IMG/VR virus record: IMGVR_UViG_2700989080_000001
Span: 14,065-78,064 of that record
Source: a virus
Taxonomy: Duplodnaviria; Caudoviricetes
DNA length: 64,000 nt
Direction: 5' to 3' (one strand)
Shown here: in pieces, positions 9,936-20,900 of the stretch
How positions within the stretch are numbered: position 1 is the stretch's first letter
Layout of the letters: every line of letters starts with the position of its first letter
Translations under genes and position numbers: made by a program
The notes under the pieces: model-generated
Databases searched by the model: none
Told to the model about the DNA's origin: nothing
The model's input: the letters and a program-made list of their open reading frames with translations, nothing else

Positions 9936-10055
9936 ATGATGGTTCACGTATTTCAGTTTGATCCTATCAAGCTCGACTTCGTTGCCACTGATGGAAGTCG
10001 ATTCGACAGCGAACAGGAAGCGAGCCGACATGTCTACAAACTCAACGGCTCTTAG
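9936..10055 (+). CDS. Small hypothetical protein (39 aa)
   Basis: AAAGGA RBS, ATG..TAG. Confidence 0.4.
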   Translation: MMVHVFQFDPIKLDFVATDGSRFDSEQEASRHVYKLNGS

Positions 10056-10078
10056 TAAACGATACGTAAGAAAGGGGG

Positions 10079-12226
10079 ATGACCCACATGCAACCTGATT
10101 TCAGCGGGTACGCGACCAAGGCGAATCTCAGGTGCTCCGATGGTCGGACCATCCTGCCTGATGCTTTCAAGCACATGGACGGCATGCAGGTTCCTCTCGT
10201 CTGGCAGCACGCCCACAACGAACCGACCAATGTGCTCGGTCATGCCCTCCTAGAGGCCCGTGACGGAAGCATGTACTGCTACGGGTTCTTCAACGACACC
10301 GATGCCGGCAAGCAGGCAAAGGGTCTAGTCGCTCACGGCGACATCAACGCACTTTCGATTTACGCCAATAAGTTGGAAGAGCACAACAAGGCGGTCAAGC
10401 ACGGTCAGATCCGCGAAGTAAGTCTCGTGTTGGCCGGAGCAAATCCCGGAGCTTTGATCGACAACGTCAACATTGCTCATGGCGATGGGTCGATCACCAC
10501 TCTGGATGGTGAAGCCCTTATTTACACCGACGAACTGCTCGAGCTCACACACTCAGAAGAGGACAACATGACTATCGCACATGCTGAAGACGAGGATCTC
10601 ACCGTTCAGGACGTCTTCGAGACGATGAATGAGCAGCAGCAGGAAGTTGTTCATTTCCTGGTCGGAGAGGCCCTCGCTGGAGCTTCCGCAAGTCACGCCG
10701 CCGGCGATGATGAGGAAGACGACGGCAAGGACAAGACCGTTCAGGACATCTTCGAGAGCATGACCGAAGAGCAGAAGAACGTCGTCTTCTTCATGGTCGG
10801 ACAGGCCCTCGAAGAAGCCGGTAAGGGCTCCGATAAGCCTGCGGACAACAAGTCCGATGACAAGTCCGACGACAAGACCGCCAAGCACGCAGATACCTCC
10901 TCGGAAGGAAACACCATCATGAGCCACAACGTCTTCGAGCGCGCTGCCCTTTCGGCCGATGACACCAGCAAGACCCTCAGCCACTCGGAGCTCGTTGAGG
11001 CCACGTCGAGCATCTTCTCGGCCGCTGCCCGCACCGGTTCCGTCAAGGAGGCCGCTGAGGAGTACGCCCTCAAGCACGGCATCGAGGACATCGACGTCCT
11101 GTTCCCGGATGCCAAGGCTGTCACCACCACGCCTGAGTTCATCAAGCGTCGCACCGAGTGGGTTTCCGAGGTCATGAGCGCCTCGCGCCACACCCCGTTC
11201 TCGCGGATCAAGAGCCTGACGGCCAACCTGACCTTCGACGACGCCCGTGCCAAGGGCTACGTCAAGGGCAACATGAAGAAGGAAGAGTTCTTCCGGGTCG
11301 CCAAGCGAGTCACCACCCCGCAGACCGTCTACAAGAAGCAGAAGCTGGATCGGGACGATGTCCTGGACATCACCGACTTCGATGTGGTCGCGTGGCTCAA
11401 GGGTGAGATGCGCCTCATGCTCGACGAGGAGATCGCTCGCGCGGTTCTGATCGGCGACGGTCGCTCGGCTGAGGACGAGGACAAGATCTCGGAGGAGCAC
11501 ATCCGTCCGATCGCCAACGACAGCGACCTCTTCGTCACCTACGTCAACGTCGACCTGAGCGGTGGCGCTGCCGACAAGATCGTCGACGCCCTGACCCTGC
11601 AGCGTCGTCACTACCGTGGATCGGGCAACCCGACCTTCTTCACCAGCGAGACCGTTCTCGCTCAGATGCTGCTGCACAAGGATTCGCTGGGTCGTCGCAT
11701 CTACGCGACCGTCGCGGATCTCGCTGCTGCTCTGCGTGTTTCGAAGATCACCACGGTCGAGATCATGGATCAGCCGTCGGTGGACGTCGTTGGCATCATG
11801 GTCAACATGCAGGACTACACCATCGGTGCGGACAAGGGCGGCGACGTCTCGCTGTTCGACGACTTCGACATCGACTACAACCAGCACAAGTACCTCATCG
11901 AGTCCCGTCTGTCGGGCGCCCTCACGCGTCCCAAGTCGGCTCTCGTGGTCAAGGCTGTTGCCAAGTCCTCCACGCTGGTCACCCCCGAGGCTCCGGAGTG
12001 GGATGACGAGGCCAAGACCGTGACGGTTCCGACCGTTACCGGTGTCGTCTACAAGAACAAGAAGACGAACGCCACCCTGACCACGGCTTCGCCCGTCACC
12101 CTGAACGCGGGTGAAGAGCTGCACGTGATCGCCCTGCCGGCCTCGACGAGCTACTACCTGGCCTCGACCGCTGAGGACGAGTTCCTCTTCGATTACGAGG
12201 ATGGCATGCTCGGCGGCGCATTCTGA
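10079..12226 (+). CDS. Prohead protease + scaffold + major capsid protein fusion with C-terminal Ig-like domain
   Basis: HK97-type protease motifs (PLVWQH, LSI, EVSLV..GANP), acidic scaffold, capsid region with strongly biased codons. Confidence 0.9.
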   Translation: MTHMQPDFSGYATKANLRCSDGRTILPDAFKHMDGMQVPLVWQHAHNEPTNVLGHALLEARDGSMYCYGFFNDTDAGKQAKGLVAHGDINALSIYANKLEEHNKAVKHGQIREVSLVLAGANPGALIDNVNIAHGDGSITTLDGEALIYTDELLELTHSEEDNMTIAHAEDEDLTVQDVFETMNEQQQEVVHFLVGEALAGASASHAAGDDEEDDGKDKTVQDIFESMTEEQKNVVFFMVGQALEEAGKGSDKPADNKSDDKSDDKTAKHADTSSEGNTIMSHNVFERAALSADDTSKTLSHSELVEATSSIFSAAARTGSVKEAAEEYALKHGIEDIDVLFPDAKAVTTTPEFIKRRTEWVSEVMSASRHTPFSRIKSLTANLTFDDARAKGYVKGNMKKEEFFRVAKRVTTPQTVYKKQKLDRDDVLDITDFDVVAWLKGEMRLMLDEEIARAVLIGDGRSAEDEDKISEEHIRPIANDSDLFVTYVNVDLSGGAADKIVDALTLQRRHYRGSGNPTFFTSETVLAQMLLHKDSLGRRIYATVADLAAALRVSKITTVEIMDQPSVDVVGIMVNMQDYTIGADKGGDVSLFDDFDIDYNQHKYLIESRLSGALTRPKSALVVKAVAKSSTLVTPEAPEWDDEAKTVTVPTVTGVVYKNKKTNATLTTASPVTLNAGEELHVIALPASTSYYLASTAEDEFLFDYEDGMLGGAF

Positions 12227-12237
12227 TCTGAGTCAGA

Positions 12238-12591
12238 ATGGCTAAATTCTGCGGTGTAGTTGGTTACGGCAACTCCGTGGAATCTCCTCCGGGATCGGGC
12301 GTCTGGATTAACCAAGTTGTAGAACGAAAGTACTACGGCGACGTTGTCCGGACTGCCCGATCCCTGAGGGAGGGAGAGAATCTCCACGACGATATTACTG
12401 TCAGCAACTCGATTTCCATCGTGGCTGATGCGTATGCGCGCAATAATTTCGTCAACATGCTATATGTTCAGTGGTCGGGGGCACGTTGGGTCGTCTCAAA
12501 TGTCGATGCGACGTCGCCCCCGAGGTTGGTCTTGCAGTTGGGAGGGATCTACAATGGCGAAACCCCGGAGCCAGCTCCAGGCAATCCTTAG
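12238..12591 (+). CDS. Head-tail joining (stopper-like) protein
   Basis: Size, position after capsid, beta-rich. Confidence 0.6.
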   Translation: MAKFCGVVGYGNSVESPPGSGVWINQVVERKYYGDVVRTARSLREGENLHDDITVSNSISIVADAYARNNFVNMLYVQWSGARWVVSNVDATSPPRLVLQLGGIYNGETPEPAPGNP

Positions 12592-12856
12592 TCAGATCGC
12601 CCCCAACGTATATTTCCAGCCGCCGAACAACTTGCAGATGAAGTACCCGTGCATCGTCTACAACCGTGAGGCTACGGATACTGAGTTCGCGGACAATAGT
12701 CCGTATCGACATACCAAGCGATATTCAGTCACCGTCATCGACAAGAATCCGGACAGTCCGATACCGGACAAGGTCGCTCAACTCCCTATGTGCGTACACA
12801 ACCGGTTCTTTGTCAATGATGGATTGAATCACGACGCTTTTTCATTGTACTTCTAA
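12554..12856 (+). CDS. Tail terminator-like protein
   Basis: VYFQPP..MKYPCIVY pattern; precedes major tail gene; GGAGG RBS. Confidence 0.65.
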   Translation: MAKPRSQLQAILSQIAPNVYFQPPNNLQMKYPCIVYNREATDTEFADNSPYRHTKRYSVTVIDKNPDSPIPDKVAQLPMCVHNRFFVNDGLNHDAFSLYF

Positions 12857-12871
12857 CAAGGAGCCATAAAC

Positions 12872-13759
12872 ATGGTTGCAATTCAGTGGGACAAGTCCGG
12901 CGAGCGGCTCTACGAGACCGGCGTCGATCACGGTGTCCTCTACATCCCCGATGCACAGGGCAAGTACGAGACCGGCTATGCCTGGAACGGTCTGACCTCG
13001 ATCTCCGAGGCCCCCTCGGGTGCTGAGTCCAATCCGCAGTACGCGGACAACATCAAGTACCTGGACCTCATTTCGGCGGAGGAGTTCGGCGCCACCATCG
13101 AGGCCTTCACCTACCCCGAGGCGTTTGCTCAGTGCGACGGTACCGCTCTCATCGGCGGCATCCAGATCGCTCAGCAGGTTCGTCGTAAGTTCGGTCTTTC
13201 CTACCGGACCCTCGTCGGCAACGACCTTGTCGGTACGGACTACGGCTACAAGCTTCATCTGATCTACGGTTGCCAGGCGGCTCCGTCGGAGAAGTCGCGG
13301 TCGACGGTCAACGATTCGCCCGAGGCTGCCACGTTCAGCTGGGAGATCACGACCAGCCCGGTCGAGGTTCCCGGAATCAACCCGGTGACCAACAAGCCCT
13401 TCCGCCCCACCGCTCACCTGGTGATCGATTCGACCAAGGTGACGTCTGCGAAGCTGCAGGCGCTCGAGGAGATCCTCTACGGTACCGCCGGCGTCGATCC
13501 TCGGATGCCTTACCCGGCAGAGGTTCTGTCGATGTTCGAAGGTGACGTCATCGAGGTCAACCCGACGGCACCGACCTACAGCTCCGCGACCAAGACGATC
13601 ACCATCCCGACGACCCCCGGTGTCGTGTACAAGATCGACGGCAACCCGGTCTCGGGCAGCGTCGTCATCACCGAGGACACCGTCGTCGTTGCCGAGCCGG
13701 CTCCGGGCTACAAGTTCCCGTCGGTCACGGATGACGACTGGCTGTTCGACTACGCGTAA
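12872..13759 (+). CDS. Major tail protein with C-terminal Ig-like domain
   Basis: AWNGL, YADNIKY, EAFTYP motifs; high-expression codon bias. Confidence 0.88.
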   Translation: MVAIQWDKSGERLYETGVDHGVLYIPDAQGKYETGYAWNGLTSISEAPSGAESNPQYADNIKYLDLISAEEFGATIEAFTYPEAFAQCDGTALIGGIQIAQQVRRKFGLSYRTLVGNDLVGTDYGYKLHLIYGCQAAPSEKSRSTVNDSPEAATFSWEITTSPVEVPGINPVTNKPFRPTAHLVIDSTKVTSAKLQALEEILYGTAGVDPRMPYPAEVLSMFEGDVIEVNPTAPTYSSATKTITIPTTPGVVYKIDGNPVSGSVVITEDTVVVAEPAPGYKFPSVTDDDWLFDYA

Positions 13760-13790
13760 GGTCTCTTCATTCGAGAGTGAAGGTTAAGGT

Positions 13791-14345
13791 ATGCTCCAGC
13801 TCGACGTCGTTATGAAAGAGGACTTCAATGACGACACTCAAGAGTTCATCATCACTACATGGCCGTTGCGGCTGGAGCACTCCTTAGTTTCATTGTCAAA
13901 ATGGGAGTCTAAGTACGAGAAACCATTCATCTCTACTGACAAGTCTGAGGAAGAGATTCTGGATTATGTGCTGATGATGGACTTGAGTGACGATACTCCC
14001 CCGGAGGTTTATCACAACATCAGCAATGAGCAGTTTCTCCAGATCAATGAACACATCAACGCCAAGAAGACGGCCACCTGGTTCAGTGACAACAAGAAGA
14101 ACAAGAAATCTCGTCAGATCGTCACCAGTGAGCTGATTTATTACTGGATGACATCGTATGAAATCCCTTGGGTTGCTGAGACTTGGCATCTGAATCGGTT
14201 GTTCACATTGATCGAAGTCTTCAATGCTGAAAGAAGTAGCGAACAGAAGACAAACAAACCAACTCGTTCCGAGGCAGAACGTCTTGCGGCTGAGCGAAGG
14301 GCTCTGAATGAGCAGCGAAGGAAAGAGTTGGGGACCAGTGGCTAA
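13791..14345 (+). CDS. Tail assembly chaperone-like protein
   Basis: Position after major tail; LSKWES and WHLNRL motifs. Confidence 0.55.
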   Translation: MLQLDVVMKEDFNDDTQEFIITTWPLRLEHSLVSLSKWESKYEKPFISTDKSEEEILDYVLMMDLSDDTPPEVYHNISNEQFLQINEHINAKKTATWFSDNKKNKKSRQIVTSELIYYWMTSYEIPWVAETWHLNRLFTLIEVFNAERSSEQKTNKPTRSEAERLAAERRALNEQRRKELGTSG

Positions 14346-14363
14346 CATTCGAGAGGAGGTCGG

Positions 14364-15167
14364 ATGACCAAGATCGACTGGAACAATGTCGGACAGCGAC
14401 GCTATGAAGTTGGTATTGACCGAGGCGTCCTTTACCTTCCGAGCGAAAACGTGGCTGTTCCGTGGAACGGATTGATTTCCGTCGACGAGGTTTCCGACAC
14501 CACCATTGAGCCACTCTATTTGAATGGCGTCAAGTATTTCGACTACGTCTCTCGGGGCGACTACAAAGGTACGTTGAAAGCTTACACGTATCCTGAAGAG
14601 TTCGAACTTTACGATGGCGTTCGTGAATCCCCAGGTAACGGCATTTTTGTCACCGGACAGATTCCGACAGGAACATTCCATCTGTCTTACCGAACGCTGG
14701 TCGGAAACGATGTCGAAGGAATCAACGGCGGTTACAAGATCCACATCTTGTACAACTTGACCGCCAAGCCCTCGAACAAGTCGTACACAACTCTGGCCAA
14801 CAACCCTAGCGGGTATGCGTTCAGTTGGGAATTGTCTTCGGTTCCCGTGGAAGCATTCAATCTTCGACCGACCTCACATATTATCTTCGATACGACCAAG
14901 ATGCATGAGAGTGCGATCTACGAGATCGAACGTGTTATTTACGGGACGGCGACTACTGAGCCTAGAATTCTGTCTCCTGACGAGTTTGAGCTCCTGACGA
15001 ACACCGCACCGGAGATCACCATCGTTGACAATGGCGATGGTACCTGGAGTGCTACGGGCTCCGACTACTACATCAAGGCTAACCGAGCCTTTGGTGAGTT
15101 CACCATTCTCAAGGCTAATGCCGAATACATTGACGAAGTTACCTACGATATTTCGTCGAACGAATAG
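14364..15167 (+). CDS. Second tail-tube protein (paralog of 12872..13759)
   Basis: YEVGIDRGVLY, PWNGL, AYTYPEEF, LSYRTLVGND, YKIHILY align with the major tail protein. Confidence 0.8.
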   Translation: MTKIDWNNVGQRRYEVGIDRGVLYLPSENVAVPWNGLISVDEVSDTTIEPLYLNGVKYFDYVSRGDYKGTLKAYTYPEEFELYDGVRESPGNGIFVTGQIPTGTFHLSYRTLVGNDVEGINGGYKIHILYNLTAKPSNKSYTTLANNPSGYAFSWELSSVPVEAFNLRPTSHIIFDTTKMHESAIYEIERVIYGTATTEPRILSPDEFELLTNTAPEITIVDNGDGTWSATGSDYYIKANRAFGEFTILKANAEYIDEVTYDISSNE

Positions 15168-15180
15168 TTAGGAGACAGTC

Positions 15181-15690
15181 ATGGCGCAAGTAACCGTCAG
15201 GTCGCTGACCGCAGAGCGAATGATCGAGATTGAGCAGTCGGCCATCGTCTCCGGCGTCGTTCAGGGCGATATTCTCATCCTCGTCACTAAGGCTGGCGCC
15301 AACATCACCGCTGGTAACGTTCGTGGCCCCAAGGGTGACAAGGGCGTCAAGGGCGACACTGGAGCTCCCGGTGGTGTTCAGATCGGTGGCAACATCGGCG
15401 GAACGCTTTCGGTCCCAAAGGTCACTGGTGTTCTGGATAACACGGTTAACGTCACCAGCACATTTGCGAAGGGTATGTACGATGACGGCCGCGGTGGCGG
15501 TCCCGTTGAGATCTCCATGTCGATGGCGGATATTCTCACCACGCTTCTCAACTTGAACGCTGAGTCCGTCGGCGCTGTGAAAGCATCGGGTAAGACTAAA
15601 GAACTTTGGACCGGCACTCAGGCTGAATGGAATGCTCTTCCAACGGCAACAAGGAATGCCCCAGGCTTCGTGGCGGTGATCGTGGGATGA
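15181..15690 (+). CDS. Minor tail protein with short collagen-like repeat
   Basis: GPKGDKGVKGDTGAPG; WTGTQAEW C-terminal motif. Confidence 0.7.
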   Translation: MAQVTVRSLTAERMIEIEQSAIVSGVVQGDILILVTKAGANITAGNVRGPKGDKGVKGDTGAPGGVQIGGNIGGTLSVPKVTGVLDNTVNVTSTFAKGMYDDGRGGGPVEISMSMADILTTLLNLNAESVGAVKASGKTKELWTGTQAEWNALPTATRNAPGFVAVIVG

Positions 15691-16754
15691 GCATAGTCAA
15701 TAGCGGTACGAATCCGTCGGCCGTTTACGTTGGTGGGAATGCTGACGTCTTGATTTTGGCTGGTAGCGGAAGCAACGTTCAGGAAGAATTTCCATTCGTT
15801 TACAACCTGTCGCTAAGCTACGACTTCGCCAATCCTCTTGAGGAGAAATGGTTCCCCATTTCCGGATTTGACGGTAGAACGAGCAATGCGTCCACGTTTA
15901 TGCCGGGTATTGTCATCGGTGGAACTTATCGATCTCAGGTAAACGCGGATCACACTCATCATATTCGATTGCTCAATCGTCAGATGAATGGGAATGTTTT
16001 CAACGTCGAGACTACGATTGCGAATCCGCTATTTTCTCTGGCGCTTCCATCATACCTGGTTCTTGCCAGCAACCCTTACGGAAACGTGGCTCTTGTTGCA
16101 GAGTTCGGTAACAACGGCGTTCGAGTCTTTCCGATCAGTGGCGCTAGTGTTCAGGCGACATATCGCCATGAAGTCTTCACTACGATTGCTGTCGGAGATA
16201 AGCTTCGCATTTCCTGGATCAAGGACTGGGTTACGGTCTATGTAAACGACGTGAAGATTGAAAGTTTCTACGAACCATATTACCGAGCGAACTTTCGCAA
16301 TAGGCCTGGGTTTATGTATCCGGGAATTGGGATCTATTCCGGACCCAATAGCGTTTGGTCTACCCCGATTGGGAAAGTAACTTTTTCTGGATCGGGATCA
16401 TCTTCTGGAACTGCTTTGGAAAACGTCGCTCAGGTTTACATGTCTCACATCGAGATTCCGGTAAACACCTGGGTCGAGGTTGGGCGCGTCAACACAAATC
16501 TCGCTGGCGGGTCAACTACGGTGCAATTGGTTGGTGCTCTTTGGAATACAAACATCTCGACAAGCACCAGGAACTTCAGAGTTTTGGTTAATGGCACGGT
16601 TATTGGTACTGTGACCGACCGTAACGGAGGAAGTCTGAATCTGACTAACGTATCCGTTCCTAGTAATTCGACCGTAACAGTCGAGGCTTACGCCAACTCC
16701 GCTACCAACACAAACCGCGTTATTGGTAATGGACTCGTTCGAGTAGGATTGTAA
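15687..16754 (+). CDS. Minor tail / putative receptor-binding protein
   Basis: Beta-rich, N/T/S-rich, lower GC, in tail module. Confidence 0.55.
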   Translation: MSIVNSGTNPSAVYVGGNADVLILAGSGSNVQEEFPFVYNLSLSYDFANPLEEKWFPISGFDGRTSNASTFMPGIVIGGTYRSQVNADHTHHIRLLNRQMNGNVFNVETTIANPLFSLALPSYLVLASNPYGNVALVAEFGNNGVRVFPISGASVQATYRHEVFTTIAVGDKLRISWIKDWVTVYVNDVKIESFYEPYYRANFRNRPGFMYPGIGIYSGPNSVWSTPIGKVTFSGSGSSSGTALENVAQVYMSHIEIPVNTWVEVGRVNTNLAGGSTTVQLVGALWNTNISTSTRNFRVLVNGTVIGTVTDRNGGSLNLTNVSVPSNSTVTVEAYANSATNTNRVIGNGLVRVGL

Positions 16755-16781
16755 CTTCAAAAGGATAGGGCGGGGATTCAC

Positions 16782-17573
16782 ATGCACATCATCTACGCAG
16801 ACGGTATCGGGAGTAGCGCTCCTGGGCTCACAACCAGTCAGTCTATTCTGCATAAGGTTGTCGAGCGTCTCATCGAGCATAACCCGATTCATACGGAGTC
16901 TCGAGTCAACTGGCCGGCCTCTATGGCCTCGGTTGGCGGATCTTTCTCTTGGCCGGAAGCGTCGAAGATTGGTGTGGCTGATGTCAACCGCATCATAGAC
17001 GAACACAGCAATCCCGGAAAGCAGTTCATTCTTCTCGCTTATTCTGGTGGAAACCGAGTAATCCACGAGTGGATGGAACAGAATCCCGAGAAGCTACACA
17101 AGATTGCTGCTGTCGGTCTCATGTCCGATCCTTGGCGACCTCGCACTCGTCAGCAACATGGACTCCCGCCGACTGTTGGTTGGGGTATCTGTGGCGAGAA
17201 GCTTGGACCCATCATCTCTCACACCTTCTGGGTGAGTGCCCCCGGTGATGCAATCTCCGATGCTCTCCCGGACGCCATCATTCGAACGGCGGCGGATGTC
17301 TCCGATGTCATGCCGGGACAGTTCCTCGGAGATCTCGGAAACCACATCAAGAAGAACGATCTTCAGTTGGCATGGAAGATCGGCGAGATCAAGAAGAATC
17401 CACTCGGGTGGTTCATGGGTCTTGGTCCTCGGCTCCACCAGGCACGAATCGACATCGAGGGTTACCTGGGTGGAAATCACACCACGGCGTACGTAACGCC
17501 TTGGAACGGTGGACTTTCGTTGGCGCATCGACTGGCCGACACCATCAATTGGCACATCACGCACCCCAACTGA
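16782..17573 (+). CDS. Cutinase/lysin B-like serine hydrolase
   Basis: Nucleophile elbow LAYSGG, LMSDP, GD and C-terminal His (NHTTAY). Confidence 0.7.
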   Translation: MHIIYADGIGSSAPGLTTSQSILHKVVERLIEHNPIHTESRVNWPASMASVGGSFSWPEASKIGVADVNRIIDEHSNPGKQFILLAYSGGNRVIHEWMEQNPEKLHKIAAVGLMSDPWRPRTRQQHGLPPTVGWGICGEKLGPIISHTFWVSAPGDAISDALPDAIIRTAADVSDVMPGQFLGDLGNHIKKNDLQLAWKIGEIKKNPLGWFMGLGPRLHQARIDIEGYLGGNHTTAYVTPWNGGLSLAHRLADTINWHITHPN

Positions 17574-17594
17574 TCTTCAAAGGAGGAAGTTACC

Positions 17595-17975
17595 ATGTCA
17601 ATCTCATTCCAAACCTCTGGTAGCTTCCAGAACACCGAGCGGCGTCTTAAGCTCATGTCCAAGCCGGAGATCGGCAGGATCTTGAACACTTATGGCGCCC
17701 TCGGTGTTGCCGCCTTGAAGGCTTACACACCGGTTGACTCGTCTGCGACCGCCAATGCGTGGTACCACAAAGTGACCAACAAAGGTGGCTCTTGGGAGCT
17801 GTCTTGGCACAATCAAAATGGGAGTGCTGACACTCCAATCGCCATCATGCTTCAGTACGGCCACGGCACCGGTACTGGCGGATACGTTGCGGGGCGTGAC
17901 TATATCAACCCCGCAATTCGACCCATCTTCGACGCGATTAAATCCGCTGTGTGGAAAGAGGTGACACGTAGATGA
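17595..17975 (+). CDS. HK97 gp10-like tail completion protein
   Basis: TPVDS..TA..W, LQYGHGT, YINPA motifs. Confidence 0.7.
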   Translation: MSISFQTSGSFQNTERRLKLMSKPEIGRILNTYGALGVAALKAYTPVDSSATANAWYHKVTNKGGSWELSWHNQNGSADTPIAIMLQYGHGTGTGGYVAGRDYINPAIRPIFDAIKSAVWKEVTRR

Positions 17976-20900
17976 GCCTCATCGAGGACCTCATTGTCGG
18001 AATGAAGTTCGACAATAAGCAGTTCGAAGCTGGCGCCAGAATCACTATGGCGACTTTGGCCCAGCTCAAGGGCAGCATGAACTTCACCGGTGCGAGCAAG
18101 GGCATCGACGATGTTCAAGCTTCGGTCAACCGCTTTTCGATGGACAGCGCCGGAGCGGGCGTTGACACCTTCAGCGCTAAGTTCGTTGCTTTGTCGACTG
18201 TCGCTATCACAGCGTTGTCGAACATTACTAACCGGGCTATTGATGCCGGAATCAACATCGCCAAGGCTCTTACTGTCACACCCATCAAGGATGGTTTTGA
18301 TGAGTACGAGCTGAAGATGGGTTCTATTCAGACCATCATGGCCAATACGGCGAAAGAGTATGGGGATGACAAGGCTGCTGGTCTGCGGAATGTTACCGCC
18401 AGCCTTGACGAGCTGAATACTTACGCCGACAAGACCATTTACAACTTCGGCGACATGACCAAGAACATCGGTCTGTTCACCAACGCTGGCATCGGCGTCA
18501 AAGACGCTACCACGATGATTAAAGGCTTCTCTAACGAAGCCGCCGCATCAGGCACCAGCGCTCAGGGTGCTGCTGGCGCTGCTTACCAGCTCTCCCAGGC
18601 TCTTTCTGCTGGTCAGATTACCCTCATGGACTGGCGCTCACTGACTAACGTCGGTATGGGTAACAAGAACATGCAGGAAGGCATTGTCGATATTGCTCAG
18701 GCTATGGGCGAGCTCGACAAGGCTGGTGTCACCTCGAAGTCCGTTCTCGAGGACTTCAACGGCTCACTTGAGAAGAAGTGGCTCAAGGCCGACGTTATGC
18801 AGAACTACCTGAAGATTCAGGCGGGCGAGCTTAACGCTGAGCAGATGAAGACCCTTGGTCTTACCGACGAACAGATCAGCAAATTCCAAAGGCAATCAGA
18901 AACGGCCTTTGAGGCTGCAACAAAGGTTCGAACCTGGACCCAGCTTGTCGGAACGATCAAGGAAGGCGTCGGGTCTTCCTGGTCAGAGACCGCCGACCTC
19001 ATCATTGGCGACTTCGATCAGGCCACCGAGCTCTTCACCGGCATCATGGACAAGATCGAACCCATTATCGGTGGCATGGGCGATGCTCGTAACAAGCTGC
19101 TCGAGGGTTGGGCTAAGGATGGCGGTCGAGACGCTTTCGTCGCCAGCATATTCAATGTTATCGACGCTCTTACGTCGGTCATTAAGCCGATCAAGGAAGC
19201 GTTCCAAAACATCTTCCCGCCGGCCACATCGGCGACTCTTATTTCCATGACCGTCGCGATCAAGAACTTCACAGAGAAGCTCAAGATCGGTGGCGAAACG
19301 GCTGACAAGCTGAAGCGAACCTTCTCTGGCGTATTCGCCATTTTGGGTATCGGTTGGGAGATCGTCAAGGGTGTCGCCAGCGTATTCGGTAAGCTCTTCG
19401 GTGCTGTCGGTTCTGGTAGCGGCGGCTTCTTGTCGCTCACAGCCAAGATCGGTGATTTCCTCACCAAGATTCATGCGGGCATCAAGAGTGGTGGACTCTT
19501 CACAAAGATATTCGAAGTTCTCGGTACGGTTCTCGCCGTTCCGATTAAGATCTTCGGAAACCTGACTGAGGCCGTCGCAAACTTCTTTGGCGCTCTAGGT
19601 AATCTCGGTGGAGCCATTGGTCAGGTCTACGGCATTCTCGCCAAGGGTGACTTCAAGGGTGGTCCTTTCTCCGAGGACTCGAAGATTGTCGATATTCTCT
19701 TCAGGATTCGAGAAGCATTCGAGGTTGTTGGTTCTGCAGTAAGTCAGTTCTGGAACATCCTTGCCAAGGGTGACTTCGTCAGTGGTGTGTTTGGCGAAGA
19801 CTCGGCGATCGTTGACGGACTCTTCAAGTTCCGCGACATGATCAAAGATTTCTTCTCCCCGGGCAACCTGACCAAGATGCTCGGTATTGGTGCTGGCGGC
19901 GGTCTTGCTGTTGCCATTGGCATGCTCCTGAAGAAGGGCATCAAGTTCGGCGTCGACGATTCCGAAGGTGGAATGTTCGACACGATCAAGGGTATGTTTG
20001 CGGGAATCAAGGGCACGTTCGAAAGTGTTTCGGGCGTTCTTGACAGCTTGACCGGTTCTCTTACGGCCATGCAGAACAACATCAAGGCGACAGTTCTCCT
20101 CAAGATTGCTGCTGCCGTTGGTCTGTTGGCACTTTCTGTCAAGCTGCTCTCGACGATTGATGCCGGTGATCTTGCCAAGTCGATGGCTGCTATTGCCACT
20201 GGTTTTGGTATGCTGCTCGGCGCCATGACGGTCATGTCGAAGATTTCCGGTGCCGGTGGCTTGGCTACATTCCCTGCCATCGCAGCGGGAATGATGCTCA
20301 TGTCCGGCGCAATCCTTATTCTCGCCGCAGCCGCCAAGGTTTTTGCGTCAATGGAGTGGGACGAGATTCTAAGAGGTCTCGTTGGCGTCGGTGTCACGAT
20401 GGGTCTGCTTGTCGGTGCGGCATACGGTCTCGGTAAAGCCGAGGGTCCGATGCTTCGTGCTGGTCTTGCTATGATTCCGTTGGCTATCGGCATTCGAATC
20501 TTGGCTACGGCAATCAAGGCTATGGGTGATATTCAGTGGCCTGAGCTCATCAGAGGTCTGACTGGACTCACCGTGTCGTTGGCTGCGATCACTCTGGCGT
20601 TGCGCTACATGCCGGAGAACATGCCTGCGATCGGTTTGGGTCTCACCCTTGTCGGCGCCGGCTTGTTGGTTATTGCTACGGCAGTCAAGCAGATGGGCAA
20701 TACCGACACCGATGTCCTGGTCAAGGGACTCATCGGTATATCTGCAGCGCTCGCGGCTATTACGTTGGCGCTAAGGTTCATGCCGAAGAACATGCCGTCC
20801 ATCGGCTTCGGTCTCATCATGGTTGCTGGTGCTCTCCAGCTTATTACTGGTGCGATCAAGACGATGGGCGGCATGGAGTGGGAAGAGCTGATTAGAGGGC

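Noticed and set aside
10553-12124. 523-aa minus-strand ORF
   Set aside because: Antisense shadow of the codon-biased capsid gene; no RBS or motifs
13791-14363. Programmed -1 frameshift in the tail chaperone
   Set aside because: No clear XXXYYYZ site seen near the 3' end; the next gene has its own RBS and is a tail-tube paralog
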